Part shown: one piece after another, positions 8,782-10,054 of the stretch
Numbering within the stretch: position 1 is the stretch's first letter
Layout: every line of letters begins with the position of its first letter
Assembly (NCBI GenBank): GCA_037447605.1
Contig: JBBHKD010000055.1
Coordinates: 1 to 10,054 of the forward strand
DNA from: Zygnema circumcarinatum SAG 698-1b
Taxonomy: Eukaryota; Plantae; Zygnematophyceae
Direction of reading: 5' to 3'
Length of the DNA stretch: 10,054 nucleotides
Translations under genes and position numbers: made by a program
The notes under the pieces: generated by a model
What the model was told of the DNA's origin: nothing
Database searches by the model: none
The model's input: the letters and a program-made list of their open reading frames with translations, nothing else

Positions 8782-8870
8782 AATAATGATCTTAACACCA
8801 CAATTGAGAGACCCCCTCTCAACTAGCCCAATAAACTCAAAGCCCACTACCTCGCGGCACAAAGCAGCAG

Positions 8871-9576
8871 TGTTAGCTTAACTTTCGCGACAGCGGCTTC
8901 GGAATCTACACAATAGCTACGGTGGTCAAAAAGATAAACAACCAAACAAAACAACACACACTACTTATCTTATGTCACAACATGGTGACACTACACCTGC
9001 TTGAAGCTCACAACGCCAGGCTAGCGGCCGCGGGAATATCCCGATCCACCTATCTATGCGCCGTCCGGATCCTGCGTCGGCTCACCGCGGATCCACGTCA
9101 CGTTTTCCTTCGTCCGGATCGACTTCGACCTCTCGCTAATCCACGTCTTGCTTGTAGGATCACGACCCGCCTCAAGATTGATGGCCCAGCGTCAAACTCA
9201 GCGTCGTCGCCGCGCCACCCGACTTATCGGCGCGCTCAAGCACAATGATGAATGGCGTAGCGCCGACATTTTAGCGCGCGCTCAGCGTCAAGTCAGTCGT
9301 TCAATCAAAGGTTGGCAGCGGCGTCACTTCGATTACGCCAGCGGGCAGCGTCGCCCACATCGCTGGTCGCTCAGCGGCGTCCCGCCCGCGTCACTTTCGA
9401 TTAAAATTGGCGTGCGTGCCTGCGTCGCCGATAAGCGGCGCCCTCTTCCACCGACCAAATGTCCGTACCGCCGCCTACTAACTTAACTTAGGCGCGCACC
9501 GCCGCCAAGGAAACACACAACACAAACACACAAAACTAATGTTCCAACAAAACATGCTAACTATGCATACATAACA
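8871..9576 (-). mobile_element. 3' LTR of Copia element C; the 9576 boundary is firm, 8871 is tentative
   Basis: The minus strand starts TGTTATG right after the PPT. TGTTA at 8871 and TAACA at 9572-9576 form a 5-bp terminal inverted repeat, giving a 706-bp LTR. Confidence 0.65.
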
Positions 9577-9578
9577 AT

Positions 9579-9587
9579 CCCCTCTTT
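9579..9587 (-). promoter_or_regulatory. Polypurine tract of Copia element C (AAAGAGGGG-AT-TGTT)
   Basis: Classic Copia PPT-2nt-TG arrangement just after the RNase H end. Confidence 0.85.
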
Positions 9588-9619
9588 GGAACTTCTAGTT
9601 TCTTAGCGGCGGGCCCGGC

Positions 9620-10054
9620 CAATCAACCTCCAGATTGACTAATAGTGTTTTTCCCCCACTAACTCCTTTGTTATATCTGGCGGCACTCCTTGGTACTGAA
9701 CTTCACCTCAATCAAGCCCTTTTCGACCAACTCTAGGTACATAATGAAGATGCTTGCACCCGAATGTGCTTGGTCTCTTATTGGGTTTCTGAGGGTTTCC
9801 CACCCGCGAGAGTGTCGGCGATTGATTGTGGGTAAACAAAGATGTCGATTAGGTTGACCATGCGCATTCTTCAAAGAGCTGCATGAACCACACTCCTTCC
9901 TTGAAACTGACAAGCACCCATGTACTAGCCCTCGCGGGTGCTCGATAAGCATACCCGAGTCACGCAGCGGAACTCCACGGCTCGGCTCCTCCTCCACCGG
10001 GTAAAAGCGAGCCGAAGTCGGCGTGGCGGTATGCGTCTCCTCCCAATGCAGTCA
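9620..10054 (-). pseudogene. pol: Ty1/Copia RNase H (C-terminus of pol, element C), frameshifted
   Basis: Stitched frames give 'D..WGGD', 'LSST...YMGACQ', 'KEGVWFMQLFEE', 'NQS', 'TKHIRV', 'ELVEKGLIEVKF', corresponding to Copia DADWAGD...LSSTEAEY...KEAIWL...DNQSAI...RTKHI. RNase H lies last, directly before the PPT. Confidence 0.9.

Larger units (their letters stand above)
2969..8782 (-). mobile_element. Internal region of a Ty3/Gypsy chromovirus LTR retrotransposon (element B)
   Basis: Domain order gag-PR-RT-RH-IN-chromodomain is diagnostic of Ty3/Gypsy chromoviruses. Confidence 0.95.

Noticed and set aside
2969-8782. RIP or methylation-driven decay as the cause of inactivation
   Set aside because: CpG and CpA remain plentiful, no TpA enrichment is evident by eye, and the lesions are mostly indels.
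8804-8990. Small hairpins TTGAGAG/CTCTCAA (8804-8822) and TGTCAC/GTGACA (8973-8990)
   Set aside because: Stems of 6-7 bp are expected by chance. The second could be an alternative LTR boundary but has no independent support.
1057-9576. Reading 1057-2968 and 8783-9576 as the two LTRs of one intact Gypsy element
   Set aside because: No direct-repeat similarity was found, the strand skews are opposite, and the outer flanks carry Copia PPT/RNase H and a separate PBS/gag rather than a TSD.

Overview
This is eukaryotic transposon-dense DNA, and no host gene, RNA gene or CRISPR array is recognisable. Three LTR-retrotransposon segments lie head-to-tail on the minus strand. From right to left they are: (C) the 3' end of a Ty1/Copia element (RNase H, polypurine tract, 3' LTR starting at 9576); (B) the near-complete internal region of a chromodomain-bearing Ty3/Gypsy element (chromovirus; gag with CCHC knuckle, a candidate -1 frameshift signal, then protease-RT-RNase H-integrase-chromodomain, PPT); and (A) an LTR end at 1057, a primer-binding site and a degenerate, probably Copia-type gag running off the left edge. 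All coding regions are broken by many single-base indels although protein motifs remain recognisable, so this may reflect unpolished long-read error rather than real decay. I could not find a matching LTR pair for element B, so internal LTR junctions are uncertain. I see no evidence for a wholly new biological system. The most interesting signals are the gag-pol frameshift cassette, the Copia/Gypsy junction architecture, the unusual PBS-like motifs and a TGACG cluster in the Copia LTR. Domain calls come from manual translation and motif recognition, not database searches.
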